A stretch of 63,762 nt of DNA, counting the filler, from Octopus bimaculoides (lineage: Eukaryota), in the NCBI RefSeq assembly GCF_001194135.2. It is 6 parts of 6 records of this genome, joined end to end, with 100 filler letters (N's around TTAATTAATTAA, not from the genome) between each part and the next. Parts side by side here need not be neighbours in the genome. Positions count along the whole stretch, not along the records: positions 50,744 to 61,980 come from NC_069002.1; positions 62,081 to 63,762 come from NW_026344514.1; 4 more parts are not named here. One strand, written 5' to 3'. Position 1 is the stretch's first letter; each line of letters starts with the position of its first letter. The notes under the pieces are model-generated. The model made no database searches. It was not told the origin of the DNA and was given only the letters and a program-made list of their open reading frames with translations. Below, in pieces: positions 52,201 to 63,762 of this stretch. The position numbers were made by a program, and so were the translations under genes.

Positions 52201-53165
52201 TTGTCCATATTTGGACTGCTTACAAGTCACTCTAATTGCGTAATTTTGAGAAAGTAGTGGACTACGCACCACGCCACCAAATAGTTAAAGTCTTTTGAGA
52301 AAATAGTTGCCTTGAACCTCGTGTGTCCAGATAGTATGTAAGTGGTAATACTTTATTTTATATCATCTTTTAAACAGTTATATATTCAGCTTTAATCGTA
52401 ACTAAATGACGACAAATACCCCTTGAATTGTTCTCACGTCTTTAAAAACATTTTAAAGAACACATTGGATAATATGGTCCCAGATAATACATTATGTACG
52501 AAATAGGAAAGTCGGGATGGTCACGATTGCAAAACCCTTTCGTTATTGGTCTATTTAACAAAAGAAGACATGAAGATAAACAGCAACGAAAATAACAAGA
52601 ACAACAATTAGGATAAGGACAACAGCAATCACAGCTAAATTAAGGGTACCCCTATGAGGTCGTTCCACTGGCTAGAAATAGTAATCAAATCTCCCTCAAA
52701 ATATGTACACCCTGCTGTCTATCGAATGGGAAGGACACATGGGATAATGTATTCATAAATACAAGAGTAAGGACGGAATGGTAACAGCAGGAGTGCTCAA
52801 TTAGGCATGCCCTAGGGCTAAACAAAACAACAGCATAGAAAATGAACAAATAGACAGACAGACAGACAAATACCGTTAACTGAATGAATAAATAAAATAA
52901 AATACAAAGAAAACATTAACAGTTATATATATATATATGTATGCATGTGCACACACATATATATATATATGCATGCATAGATATACATACATATATATTG
53001 TACATATATATATATATATATATGCANNNNNNNNNNNNNNNNNNNNNNNNNNNNNNNNNNNNNNNNNNNNNNNNNNNNNNNNNNNNNNNNNNNNNNNNNN
53101 NNNNNNNNNNNNNNNNNNNNNNNNNNNNNNNNNNNNNNNNNNNNNNNNNNNNNNNNNNNNNNNNN

Positions 53166-53207
<42 letters not shown>

Positions 53208-53329
53208 TGTATGTATATGTATGCATATACATCAACACATGCACGCGCGCGCGCACACACACGCACACACGCTTATACACACATATGACATCTTAGTGTC
53301 TGTTTAGTCTATTAAACCGTCGTTTCATC

Positions 53330-53488
53330 TATACGTCAGCAACACAATCATTATCATCACCGTCGTCATCATCATCATCATCATCACCATCACTACCATT
53401 GTCATCCTCCTCACTCCCCCTCATCCTCCTCACTACTATCACTGTCATCAACATCGTCGTCGTCGTCATCATTCTTATCACTGTCAAC

Positions 53489-53520
<32 letters not shown>

Positions 53521-53550
53521 AGTCGTCGCCATCATCATCATCTCAAAAAT
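53330..53550. repeat. Degenerate (ATC/GTC)n trinucleotide tract
   Basis: Direct reading. Confidence 0.9.
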
Positions 53551-53607
53551 ATTACCGTTACGAGCACCACTATCACCGACTTCATCACCAGCCTCATCCT
53601 TACACGG

Positions 53608-53715
<108 letters not shown>

Positions 53716-54104
53716 ACACATATATATATATTACTGTAAGTAGAGTACGAAGGAAGTAAAAAGTAGCGCCATAACCGAGATACACAAATCTCAGTGAGCA
53801 GATGTAAAGCTGTAAAACCATATCAAAACAAACGATGGCAAACACGTGGAAACACATCTTTGGATTGGTTCATTTGTTGTTGTCACTACGCCAAAGGAAT
53901 TATTTGTTTGGCGAGTTGAATATCTGGTTTGGCCTGTTAAATGCTGTTTTGTCTTTTTCTCTGTGTGTGTTTTTTTCTTCTTCTTCTTGACTTAGAAGAG
54001 AACAGGCAGATCCCACGATCTGCTTTTGGGAGCCCTGTAGCTGGAATGTAGGCGGGTGAAATTTGAAATAGGGAGTTATCCTCATACCCAACACTAGGTC
54101 CGAA

Positions 54105-54706
54105 TGCTTTTAAACCGGTCTTATCCGACCCAAATATTTTGCCTGTTTTATGTTCAAGACCAGCCAGATCTGGTCTCTCACACCTATCCTACAATGTCAT
54201 TCTAAAACTAAACAATTACATCACTGAAATTTCAAAGCTACGAGATAATTCCTGATTGATTCAAAACAATGTGAATAAATAAGCATTATTACATTAAACC
54301 GAGTAAATCTGAATGCTAAAGGGTTAAATTAGCCATATTCAATCTAGCTATTCTATCTGTTTTATGCTAAAATCAACCAGATCTGGCCCCTCGCATTGAT
54401 CCTACAATGCCATTCTAAAAATAAACAATCCCATCACTGAAATCTCGAGGCTACGAGATCATGCATTCAAAAATATGTGAATAAAAACGTATTGCAATTG
54501 ACTGACTAACCTGAATGTTAAAGAATTAAGCTTGCTATATCTAATCAAGATATTCAACCTGTTTTATGCTTAAACCTGCGAGATCTGGCCTCTTACACCT
54601 AAGCCTACAATGTTATTCTAGAAATATGACCAAGCATATCATGGAAAATTCGAAGCTACGAGATAATGCACGATTAATTAAAAACAATGTGAATGAATAA
54701 GTATTA
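54105..54706 (+). repeat. Three head-to-tail diverged units of about 200-215 bp, possibly piggyBac-type MITEs
   Basis: Marker AGATCTGG at 54166, 54379, 54581, each followed by CCTACAATG..ATTCTA..GCTACGAGAT..ATGTGAAT. Unit 1 ends AAAGGG-TTAA. Confidence 0.6.
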
Positions 54707-54974
54707 GTAAAGTTACCGACTCACAAGGGCCGACTCACAAGGGCCGACTCACAAGTCATACCGACTCTCAAGGGCCGGTTCCCTGGTTTCCTGGCATATA
54801 TATTCCCCATCGCAGGACCACTCATTCTTGCCAGCAGAGTGGACCGAAGCAACGTGAAATGAAGTGCTTTTGCGCAAGAACACAACGCGTCGCCCGATCC
54901 AGGAATCGAAACCACAATCTTACGATTATGAGTCCAACACTGTAACCACTGAGCCACGCGCCTCCGCTGAATAC
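54707..54974 (-). mobile_element. tRNA-derived SINE with 10-bp TSD and 14-bp tandem tail
   Basis: A box TGGCTCAGTGG and B box GGTTTCGATTCC on minus; TSD ATAAGTATTA at 54697-706 and 54975-84; CCGACTCACAAGGG in 4 imperfect copies at 54716-54774. Confidence 0.85.
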
Positions 54975-55763
54975 ATAAGTATTACATTTGGCAGAGATAC
55001 AAACGGAACGTTGATTGGTTAAAGACAGCCAAGGGTCACGTGATGGTGTTCATAGATATACATATAAGGAGAGACTGGTCACAGCTCAAGAAAACAAAGA
55101 AGACACCAATTGAAAAAGTATCAGACTTTAAATTAAAACAAAACTGGACTGCATTTGTTCGACTAAGCACACCACTGCGATGCCCCAGCATGGCCGCAGC
55201 CTAATGACTGAAAAAAGGAAATATTTTTAAATGCTCAAGATACATGACTTGATAACGAACCCGGAATATCATGATTGCAAAGAAGACGTCTTAACTATTT
55301 GGTCATTCTTTAGACTGACACATGAGTAGCCAAAACGCATAATACGGATGATTAAATTCCTTTTAAATTTCTTCCTATCTCTCTGTTCTTCCTCCGAATT
55401 CTCTCCTCCAATCTGTTAAGAGCCAAACATCGGCCATATCTGTGATCGCAGAGGAGATACCTTCAAAAATAGCTGGGTTCCTCCGCCCCGTTCTCCTACG
55501 CCACCGCCTCTTCTTCCAGCGATGGTTTAAAGGTAACGTTCTTGCCACGAGCCGTAAAGAATTCAGTAAAGAACTAGATTAAGCCATTAGCGAGTTTATC
55601 TAGTATATATATACATATATACATATATATATATNNNNNNNNNNNNNNNNNNNNNNNNNNNNNNNNNTGTATGTGTGCGCGTGTGTAAGTATGTATTTAT
55701 ATATCTATACGCATATGTATATAGAATTTCTCCACTATATATATATAATGTATATATAACGTT

Positions 55764-55817
<54 letters not shown>

Positions 55818-56062
55818 ATTGTGTATGCGTATTTAGTGGTATGTGTAGAGTGAGTGTGCGGTGAATGTGTGCGTGTATACATGCACGTTTGTGTATGCCT
55901 GTATGTGTGAGTGTGTATATGTGTGTGTGCGTGTGTGTGTGTGTGTGTGCGTGCGTATACACCCTGTAATTTTATCCGGAGAATTCTTCCCTGTATTTCA
56001 AGAGAAATTCCTCTTAACAGGTCAGCAGGCTAAATAATAACAACAACAACAACAACAACAAC

Positions 56063-56094
<32 letters not shown>

Positions 56095-56266
56095 CAATAA
56101 CAATAATAACAATAATAAAGAGAGAAAGAACAAAAACGTACCTGAGTAAATTCTGCGCGTGCGCATGCGTTTCTTTGTGAGTGTATACATACATATAGAA
56201 ATGTTTATAAATATTTATGTATTTGTACGTGTGTGTGTATGTGTGTGTGTGTGTACATACATGCAT

Positions 56267-56640
56267 AGGAGTGGCTGTGTGGTAAGTAGCTTGCTTACCA
56301 ACCACATGGTTCCGGGTTCAGTCCCACTGCGTGGCACCTTGGGCAAGTGTCTTCTACTATAGCCTCGGGCCGACCAAAGCCTTGTGAGTGGATTTGGCAG
56401 ACGGAAACTCAAAGAAGCCCGTCGTATATATACACTATAAAGTTTGCGTGCTGGACGAAATGCTTTGGAGGTATTTCGCCCATCGCTACGTTATGAGTTC
56501 AAATTCCGCCGAGGTCGACTTTGACTTTCATCCTTTCGGGGTCGACGAATTAAGTACCAGTGAAACACTTGCGTCGACGTAATCCACTAGACCCCCTCCC
56601 CACAAATTTCAGGCCTTGTGCCTATAGTAGAAAGGATTAT
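56267..56640 (+). mobile_element. Adjacent SINE family B and SINE family A copies
   Basis: Family B at 56267-56430; family A at about 56445-56640. Confidence 0.85.
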
Positions 56641-56669
56641 ATACTACAATTGTACAACCATAAGTTAAT

Positions 56670-56743
<74 letters not shown>

Positions 56744-56936
56744 ACAAATTCACATAATCAAACCATTTTCTTTCTCAGTTTTTTCTCTCTCATTGTCTAT
56801 CCTTTATTTCAAGAAAAGAGTTCTTTGTCGTAACGTAAGACTTTTCCTTCCTTTTCTCTCCACTTCCTGAGCGTTAGCTTAATGCATTTTAAAAATTTTA
56901 CCACATCTTCCTGTTATATTTTTTTAGCACTATACA

Positions 56937-56970
<34 letters not shown>

Positions 56971-57182
56971 CTACCAAAATACATAGTACTTTCCTACATA
57001 CATACATACATGCATACGTACATACCTAAATACGTACGCGCCTGCATACATACATGCATATATACATACGTACCTATATACATACAAACATATTTTACTA
57101 CATACATATATACGTACATACATACATATATACCTACATACGTGCATACATACGTACGTACGTGCATGCATACATACATACA

Positions 57183-57213
<31 letters not shown>

Positions 57214-57214
57214 G

Positions 57215-57640
57215 TATCTCTTGACCAAGTTTGCATAGATGAGGCTGATAACATCATAAGACTTGGAAAGCAGCTCCTTGAGCAACATTCCTGGTCTGAT
57301 AACCTAGAATACTTGCCCAAAGAAGTCGCACGGCTCTACCGCAACATATCATCAGATGAAACACAACGTATCATCAATGATATGACTGTTTCCCCTATAT
57401 CTAACGAGGAATGTTTGAGGCATCTAGGGGTGGATGAAAACATTTCCTACAATGGTACCTGTAACAAAACACGTATCGCTAAAGAATATTACAGCCGAAT
57501 AAAGAAAATTTGGACCTCAGAATGTGTTTGCAGAATGTGTTTGCAGTGGCAACATTTGGGCTGCTTGATTGGACGCTTGATGAGATCCAAGCCATTCATG
57601 TGAAAACCCGAAAAATGCTAACAAGTATACAGACCACCTC
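57215..57640 (+). mobile_element. Internally deleted R4/R2-type LINE fragment
   Basis: LRHLGVDENISYNG.CNK.RIAKEYYSRIKKIWTSE and FGLLDWTLDEIQAIHVKTRKMLT match the RT C-terminal region. Confidence 0.7.
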
Positions 57641-58128
57641 TAACTAAAACGAAAACAAGGTGGCAGTTGTCCATAGGCAAAAAATGAAAAGAAAACAGTA
57701 GGGCTGGATCAAACCGAGGCTAGAGAATAAGACAATTGTCTAAAATTCTGCGCAGTGGGACAAACACGGAGTCAGGTGGCAGTGAAACGATGTTCTTAAC
57801 TCCACAGCCATTCACGCGGCCATATAAATATTAAATGCAGAAATGATCTAATTTTTAGGAACTTCAAAATTTTCCAGTTATTTAACTCTACTCAGAATGA
57901 GTCATAAGATTTTTTTAATGACCGACAAAGCATTCAAATGGTAAGGATGTGTTCATTGGATAGTGTAATGCAGTTTACCAAATATTCTGACAAGAGTGAA
58001 GAAAAGTTACTTGTGATAGTCTTCAAGAAATACCAATTATCAAATCACGCATTCCAGGGTTCCAGTATAGGACCAAAGCTCGAACAGCAAAAGGAGTCAT
58101 CTGATACTTTAATATTGCATATATTTAA

Positions 58129-58860
58129 GGCGCAGGGAGCTGGCAGAAACGTTAACACGCCGGGCGAAATGCTTAGCGGTATTTCGGCCCTCTTTACGTT
58201 CTGAGTTCAAATTCCGCCGAGGTCGACTTTGCCTTTCATCCTTTCGGGGTCGATAAATTAAGTACCTGATGCGTACTGGAACCAATCTAATCGACTGCAC
58301 ACCCACTCTCCAAAAATTTCAGGCCTTGTGCCAAGAGTAGAAAAGAATGTTATACATATTTAGGGGGTGGCGAGCTGTCAGAAGAGTTACCAGACCAGGA
58401 AGACTGCTTAGCGACATTTCGTCTGTCTTTATGTTCTGAGTTCAAATTCCGCCGAGGTTGCCTTTGCCTTTCATCCCCTTTTGGGGTCGATAAATTAAGT
58501 ACCAGTTGAAAACTGGGCCGATTTAATCGACTTAACCCTTTCCCCCAAACCTACTGACCTTGTACCAAAATTTGAAACCAATATTACCACTATTTCCAGA
58601 AAAGATATGTATTCGGTAGAACCCTACGAAGTTACGCAAAGCATATTCTTTTCTACTCTAGGAACAAGGCCTGAAATTTTGGAGGAGGGGACCAGTCGAT
58701 TAGATCGACCTCAGTACGCAACTAGTACTTAATTTATCAACCTCGAAAGGATAAAAGGTCAAGTCGACCTCGGCCGAATTTGAACTCAAAACGTAAAGCG
58801 GGACGAAATACCGCTAAGCATTTCCCCAGGCGTGCTAACGTTTCTGCCAGCTCGCCGCCT
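58129..58860. mobile_element. Cluster of three SINE family A copies (+, +, -)
   Basis: 58129-58348 (+), 58363-58586 (+), 58645-58860 (-). Confidence 0.88.
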
Positions 58861-59590
58861 CAATACGCAAAGCATATTATGTCTCTATCTATCTATCTAT
58901 CTATCTATCCAAACGTGTAAGGAATCCTCTTTCATTTTGTGTGCAATTACTTTAAGAAAAATTGATTTATTTCATACTTCTTGCTACTGTTGCTGTTGTT
59001 ACTACTGCTGTTGCTGCTGCTGCTACTACTACTACTGCTGCTGCTAGTGTGATTTACAAAGGTGGGAACAAACTTTAATCTTTCTCCAGCTTTGATAGTA
59101 TCTTCTAAACTACTTCCTTCAAGATTGGCATCTGTTTAGCCGTTTAGCTGTTTGTAAAACGATCTTAACGCCAAACCATATGCAGATTTTGCCTAGTTTG
59201 TAGACCAGCTAGAAATAGCAGTCAAATCTCAGTCAAATCGAAATTTACTAACTTCGAAAAAAGAAAAGACACTTTAGGTTGAGTGTTTTTTACCCATTGT
59301 GCCGCAGCAATTTTCGCTGCAATGTATGGATCACATGCGAGCAGTAAGACTTTGAGGCAAGCCCCAAAATTCCTCGATATTTAGAAAGAACTTGAGTTAC
59401 AGATGTGGCTATGTGGTTTGGAACCTCACTTCTCAACCAAGAATTTGCCGGTTTCTTCAAAGAAGCGAAAAACTCTGGTTAAATGAAATAGAAATTCCAT
59501 GTCATCTCGCCATCCTGCTGACTCAGTAATCTTTTCTTCAACCATTGTTGAAATTAGCCTGGAGTTCCTCGTAATTACTTAGAAGCTGCT

Positions 59591-59795
59591 CTTCTTCTTC
59601 TTCTTCGTCTTCTTCTTATTATTATTATTCTTATTCTTCTTCTTCTTCTTCTTCTTCTTCTCCTTCTTCTCCTCCCCCTACTCCTCCTCCTCCTCCTCTT
59701 TCTTCTTCTTCTTCTTCTTCTTCTTCTTCTTCTTCTTCTTCTTCTTCTTCTTCTTCTTCTTCTTCTTCTTCTTCTTCTTCTTCTTCTTCTTCTTC
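59591..59795. repeat. (CTT)n microsatellite
   Basis: Direct reading. Confidence 0.95.
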
Positions 59796-59829
59796 CACAG
59801 TTTGCTCAATGTAATCTTCTAACGGGTGG

Positions 59830-60072
59830 GAGACACTTTATTTCACGTTGCTCCAGTTCACTCAGCTGTAGAAATGAGTTGTGACGTCACCGGTACCAAG
59901 CCGTATCGGCCCCTTTGCCTTTCCCTTGGTGACATGAAGAGGAGAGGCTGATATGCAAGGGCAACTGTTGGCCTTCCATAAGAAACAACCTTGCCCGGAC
60001 TTGTACCTTGGAGGGGAACTTTCTAGGCGCAATCCCACGGTCATTTATGACTGAAGGGGGTCTTTACCTTTT
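59830..60072 (+). mobile_element. SINE 3' body ending CTTTACCTTTT
   Basis: CACTTTATTTCACGTTGCTCCAGT block shared with the 54.8 kb SINE; RTE/L2-like short tail followed by (CTA)n. Confidence 0.55.
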
Positions 60073-60839
60073 TACTACTACTACTACTACTACTACAGCT
60101 ACTTCTGCTGCTGCTGCTACTACTACTACTACCAGATTCTATTGGTAGCACTCAATTCATCAATCAGTAATAATCTTAAATAAGAGTCATGTCCCCTTTT
60201 CCTCTCCTCCTTACTTTCATTCTCTCTGTCTTTCATTTCTTTCGTGTCTCTTTCATCCTCTCTATCTTTCGCTTTCCTCCTCTCTCTCTCTTTCAATCTC
60301 CCTGTCTTTAACTTCTCACCCCACTCTTTCATTCTATCCCTCTTTCACCTCCCCCACTCACTCACTCTCTCTCTCTCTCTTTCGCTCCCTTTCTCCCATA
60401 CTCTCTTCCAATCTCGAATTTTCACACAGACACACGCACGCACAAACACACACTTCACACTTCTATATTCCGGATGCTGAATAAGACTTCCGGTCGTTGT
60501 ATGGTAATTAGCCCTGACCTGACTTCCGTTAGCCAACTTCCGCTAAATAACATATTGTTGTTTTATTGCCAACTCAGGGCAATTAAATATGGTAAGAAAT
60601 TCCACTCAACTGATAAATGATAGTTTGAAAGACTTCATTAAATTACTTAACATAAATATCATATGAACACACACACACACACACACACACACACGCGCAC
60701 GCGCACACGCACACGCACATGCACAAGAAAGATACACGGATACACATCTAAATGTATATATATGTATACATGCATGTATGCATATGCATACACTCTATGT
60801 ATTGAGTGCTATTATCGTTTGAAAACGTGTGTGTATACT

Positions 60840-60874
<35 letters not shown>

Positions 60875-61592
60875 GCAAAATAAGACAAGGTAGAAAATGC
60901 TAAAATAATTTCATCCTGAAGAACATTTTAGTACCGGTTTCAGTCTTTGCAACTTTTTCAATTTAGAGTAAAGCATGAAAACCTATTAAATTGTGAAAAA
61001 ATTAAATGAAATGTTTTTTTTTTTAAAGTATTTCCATAGTTTTCAAGGGTGTCAAGGCCAGCGGCAGCGCGAAAAAGTCTGGGAACTGGTGTTAGATTTA
61101 CTTGCTGGTGTATGCCCCGATGATGCATACGAATTAAATGCAACAAGACCGGGTCGTCCCCCCAGAGCGCTGTTGCGCAGCGAACGAGCGAACAAGCAAA
61201 ACACATACATTGACTATGTACAGTAATGTTCTTGGTAATGTTCTCAACACTGGCGCTGCTTTTTATTCGTAATTGAATATATATATAGGGTAAAGGAGGT
61301 AAAAACCCCCTTAGGTTATGAATGACCATGGCATTGCACGTAGAAAGTTGACTGGCAGAACCAAACAAACTGTACTATCGAATTTAAAGCTTCCAGGCTT
61401 TAAACGTACCGAAACTGCGCGCGCGCGCGTGTGTGCGCGCACCCAATTGTGCCAATCACCAATCTAGAAAAAAAAAAAGAACCAAAAAGTGGGCAGCTAT
61501 CGACACGTGAGTTGGTTATGAACTTAACACCTACTAACTACAACACTAGTACCCACTTAAGCACCAATGGTACCACCACCACCGCCACTACC

Positions 61593-61624
<32 letters not shown>

Positions 61625-61931
61625 CAACAAAAACAACATAAGCACCAGCATCTGCACCACCCACCTCGACCGAGTGTCTCACTTGCTCAATTCTATTGAA
61701 TGATCGTCTGAATTTCCCGCGCAAATAGTATTTTGTACACGTGCTAACGCGCGCGCACACACACACACACATACACACCACATCAGACATATATGTGGAT
61801 ACACGCACACACTAATGTGCAGTCTAAATATAACATGCTTATATAGGCATATATTACATACATTATTATATACATCTACATACATATATATATATATGTA
61901 TGTTTATATGAATATCTGTTTCTCTCTCTCT

Positions 61932-61980
<49 letters not shown>

Positions 61981-62080
61981 NNNNNNNNNNNNNNNNNNNN
62001 NNNNNNNNNNNNNNNNNNNNNNNNTTAATTAATTAANNNNNNNNNNNNNNNNNNNNNNNNNNNNNNNNNNNNNNNNNNNN

Positions 62081-63762
62081 ATAAGTACGTACGAACGAAC
62101 GAACCATCGTACGTAAGTACGTACCTAAGTGCGTACGCACGAATGAACAAACGAACGTAAATACGTACTTAACTACGAACGAATGAACGAACTAACGAAA
62201 GAATGAACGTACGAACGAGCGAACGTACGTCCGTATGTACAAATGTACGAACGAACGAACGAACGAACGTACGTACGAACGAACGTAAGTACGAACGAAC
62301 GGACTATCTAACGAAAGAAAGAAAGAACTAACGAAGATACATACATACGTACGTACGTATGAACGACCGAACGAATGAACGTACGTACGACGTATGGCAT
62401 GCATACGTACGTACGTACCTGCGTACCAACGTGTGTACGTACGTACAAGCGTACGTACGAACTAACGAACGAATGTACGTACGTTGATAAGTACGTACGA
62501 ACGAACGAACGGACGATCGTACGTAAGTATGTACCTAAGTATATACGCATGAATGAACAAACGAACGTACATACGTACGTAACTACGAACGAACTAACGA
62601 AAGAATGAACCAACGAATGAACAAACAAACGTACGTACGAACGAATGAACGAATGAAAGTACGTACGTACGAACGAACGAACGAGCGTACGTGCGTACGA
62701 ACGAAAGGAAGAACAAACGAAATAAAGAACGAAATAAAGAAAAAACAAACGAACATACGAACGTAAATACGTACGAACGAACGAACGAACGAACGAACTG
62801 ACGAACGAAAGAAAGAACGAACGATCGAACGAAAGCATTAACGAAAAAACGTACGTACGTACGTACGTACGAATGAACGAACGAACGATCGAAGGAGCGA
62901 ACGAAAGAACGAACATACGTAGGTACGCAAGAAAAATCGAACGTACGTATGTACGTTCGGACGTATAAACGAACGATCGACCGAACGAACGAACGTACGT
63001 ACGACGTGCGTACGTACGTACGTACATGAGTACGTACGTAGATAAATCCGTACGAACGAACGAACGATTGTACGTAAGTAGGTACCTAAGTACGTACACA
63101 CGAATGAACAAACGAACGTACATACGTACGTAACTACGAACGAACGAACGAACTAACGAAAGAATGAACTAACGAATGAACAAACGCACGTACGTACGTA
63201 CGAACGAATGTGCGTATGTACGAACGAATGAACGAACGAAAGTACGTACTTACGTACGAACGAACGAACGAACGTGCGTTCGTAAATACGTACGAACGAA
63301 CGAGCGAACTTACGTAAGTAGGTAACTAAGTACGTATGCACGAATGAACAAACGAACGTACATACGAACGTACGTACGAACGAACGAACGAACGAACGAA
63401 CTAACGAAAGAATGAACCAACGAATGAACAAAGGAGCGTACGTACGTACGAACGAACGAAAGATTAAACAAACGAAAGAACGTATGTACGTACGAACGAA
63501 CGAACGGACGAATGTGCGTACGAACGAAAGAAAGAACAAACGAACTAAAGAAGGAAGTAAAGAAATAGGGAACGTACATACGTACGTAAATATGTTTGAA
63601 CGAACGAGCGAAATTACGTTCGAACGAACAGAAGAACGAAAGAACGAACGAACGATCGAACGAAAGAATTAAAGAACAAACGTACCTACGAACGAACGTA
63701 CGTACGTACCTCCGTATGTACGAATGAAAGAACGAACGAACGAATGTACGTACGAACGATCG
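62081..63762. repeat. CpG-rich degenerate tetranucleotide satellite (ACGA/ACGT/ATGA/AAGA) with higher-order repeats
   Basis: In-register 4-mer mosaic; a cassette of about 130 bp marked by (C/A)CTAAGT recurs at 62124, 62534, 63085, 63325. Confidence 0.92.

Noticed and set aside
54716-54774. CRISPR-like short direct repeats
   Set aside because: No unique spacers, eukaryotic context, located at a SINE tail.
54880-54965. tRNA genes (also at 19.2, 22.3, 56.3, 58.1 kb)
   Set aside because: A/B boxes run into SINE bodies without a complete acceptor stem; these are SINE heads.
62192-63672. RSFV/RTNE repeat ORFs up to 271 aa
   Set aside because: Product of the stop-poor tetranucleotide satellite; no evidence of coding function.

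Overview
AT-rich metazoan genomic DNA with many assembly gaps. The SINE families, microsatellite load and repeat repertoire suggest an octopus (cephalopod) genome; this is an inference, not a database match. I can support no intact host protein-coding gene. Bases 1-15.2 kb are a nested graveyard of decayed retroelements: five R4/Dong-type RLE LINE pieces, a Tx1/L1 3' fragment, a Penelope-like element with an in-place 5' inversion, a Gypsy pol fragment and a Gypsy 3' LTR. The remainder is SINEs, MITEs, dead Tc1/mariner elements and microsatellites, ending in a CpG-rich tetranucleotide satellite with higher-order repeats. The most interesting signal is a set of seven minimal type-I hammerhead-ribozyme-like motifs in several non-coding repeat families. 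Two retain an intact catalytic core (20244-20301 minus, 33700-33758 plus), consistent with Penelope pLTR or retrozyme-like elements. Several long hairpins and foldbacks also occur. Coordinates were read by eye and may be off by a few bases.
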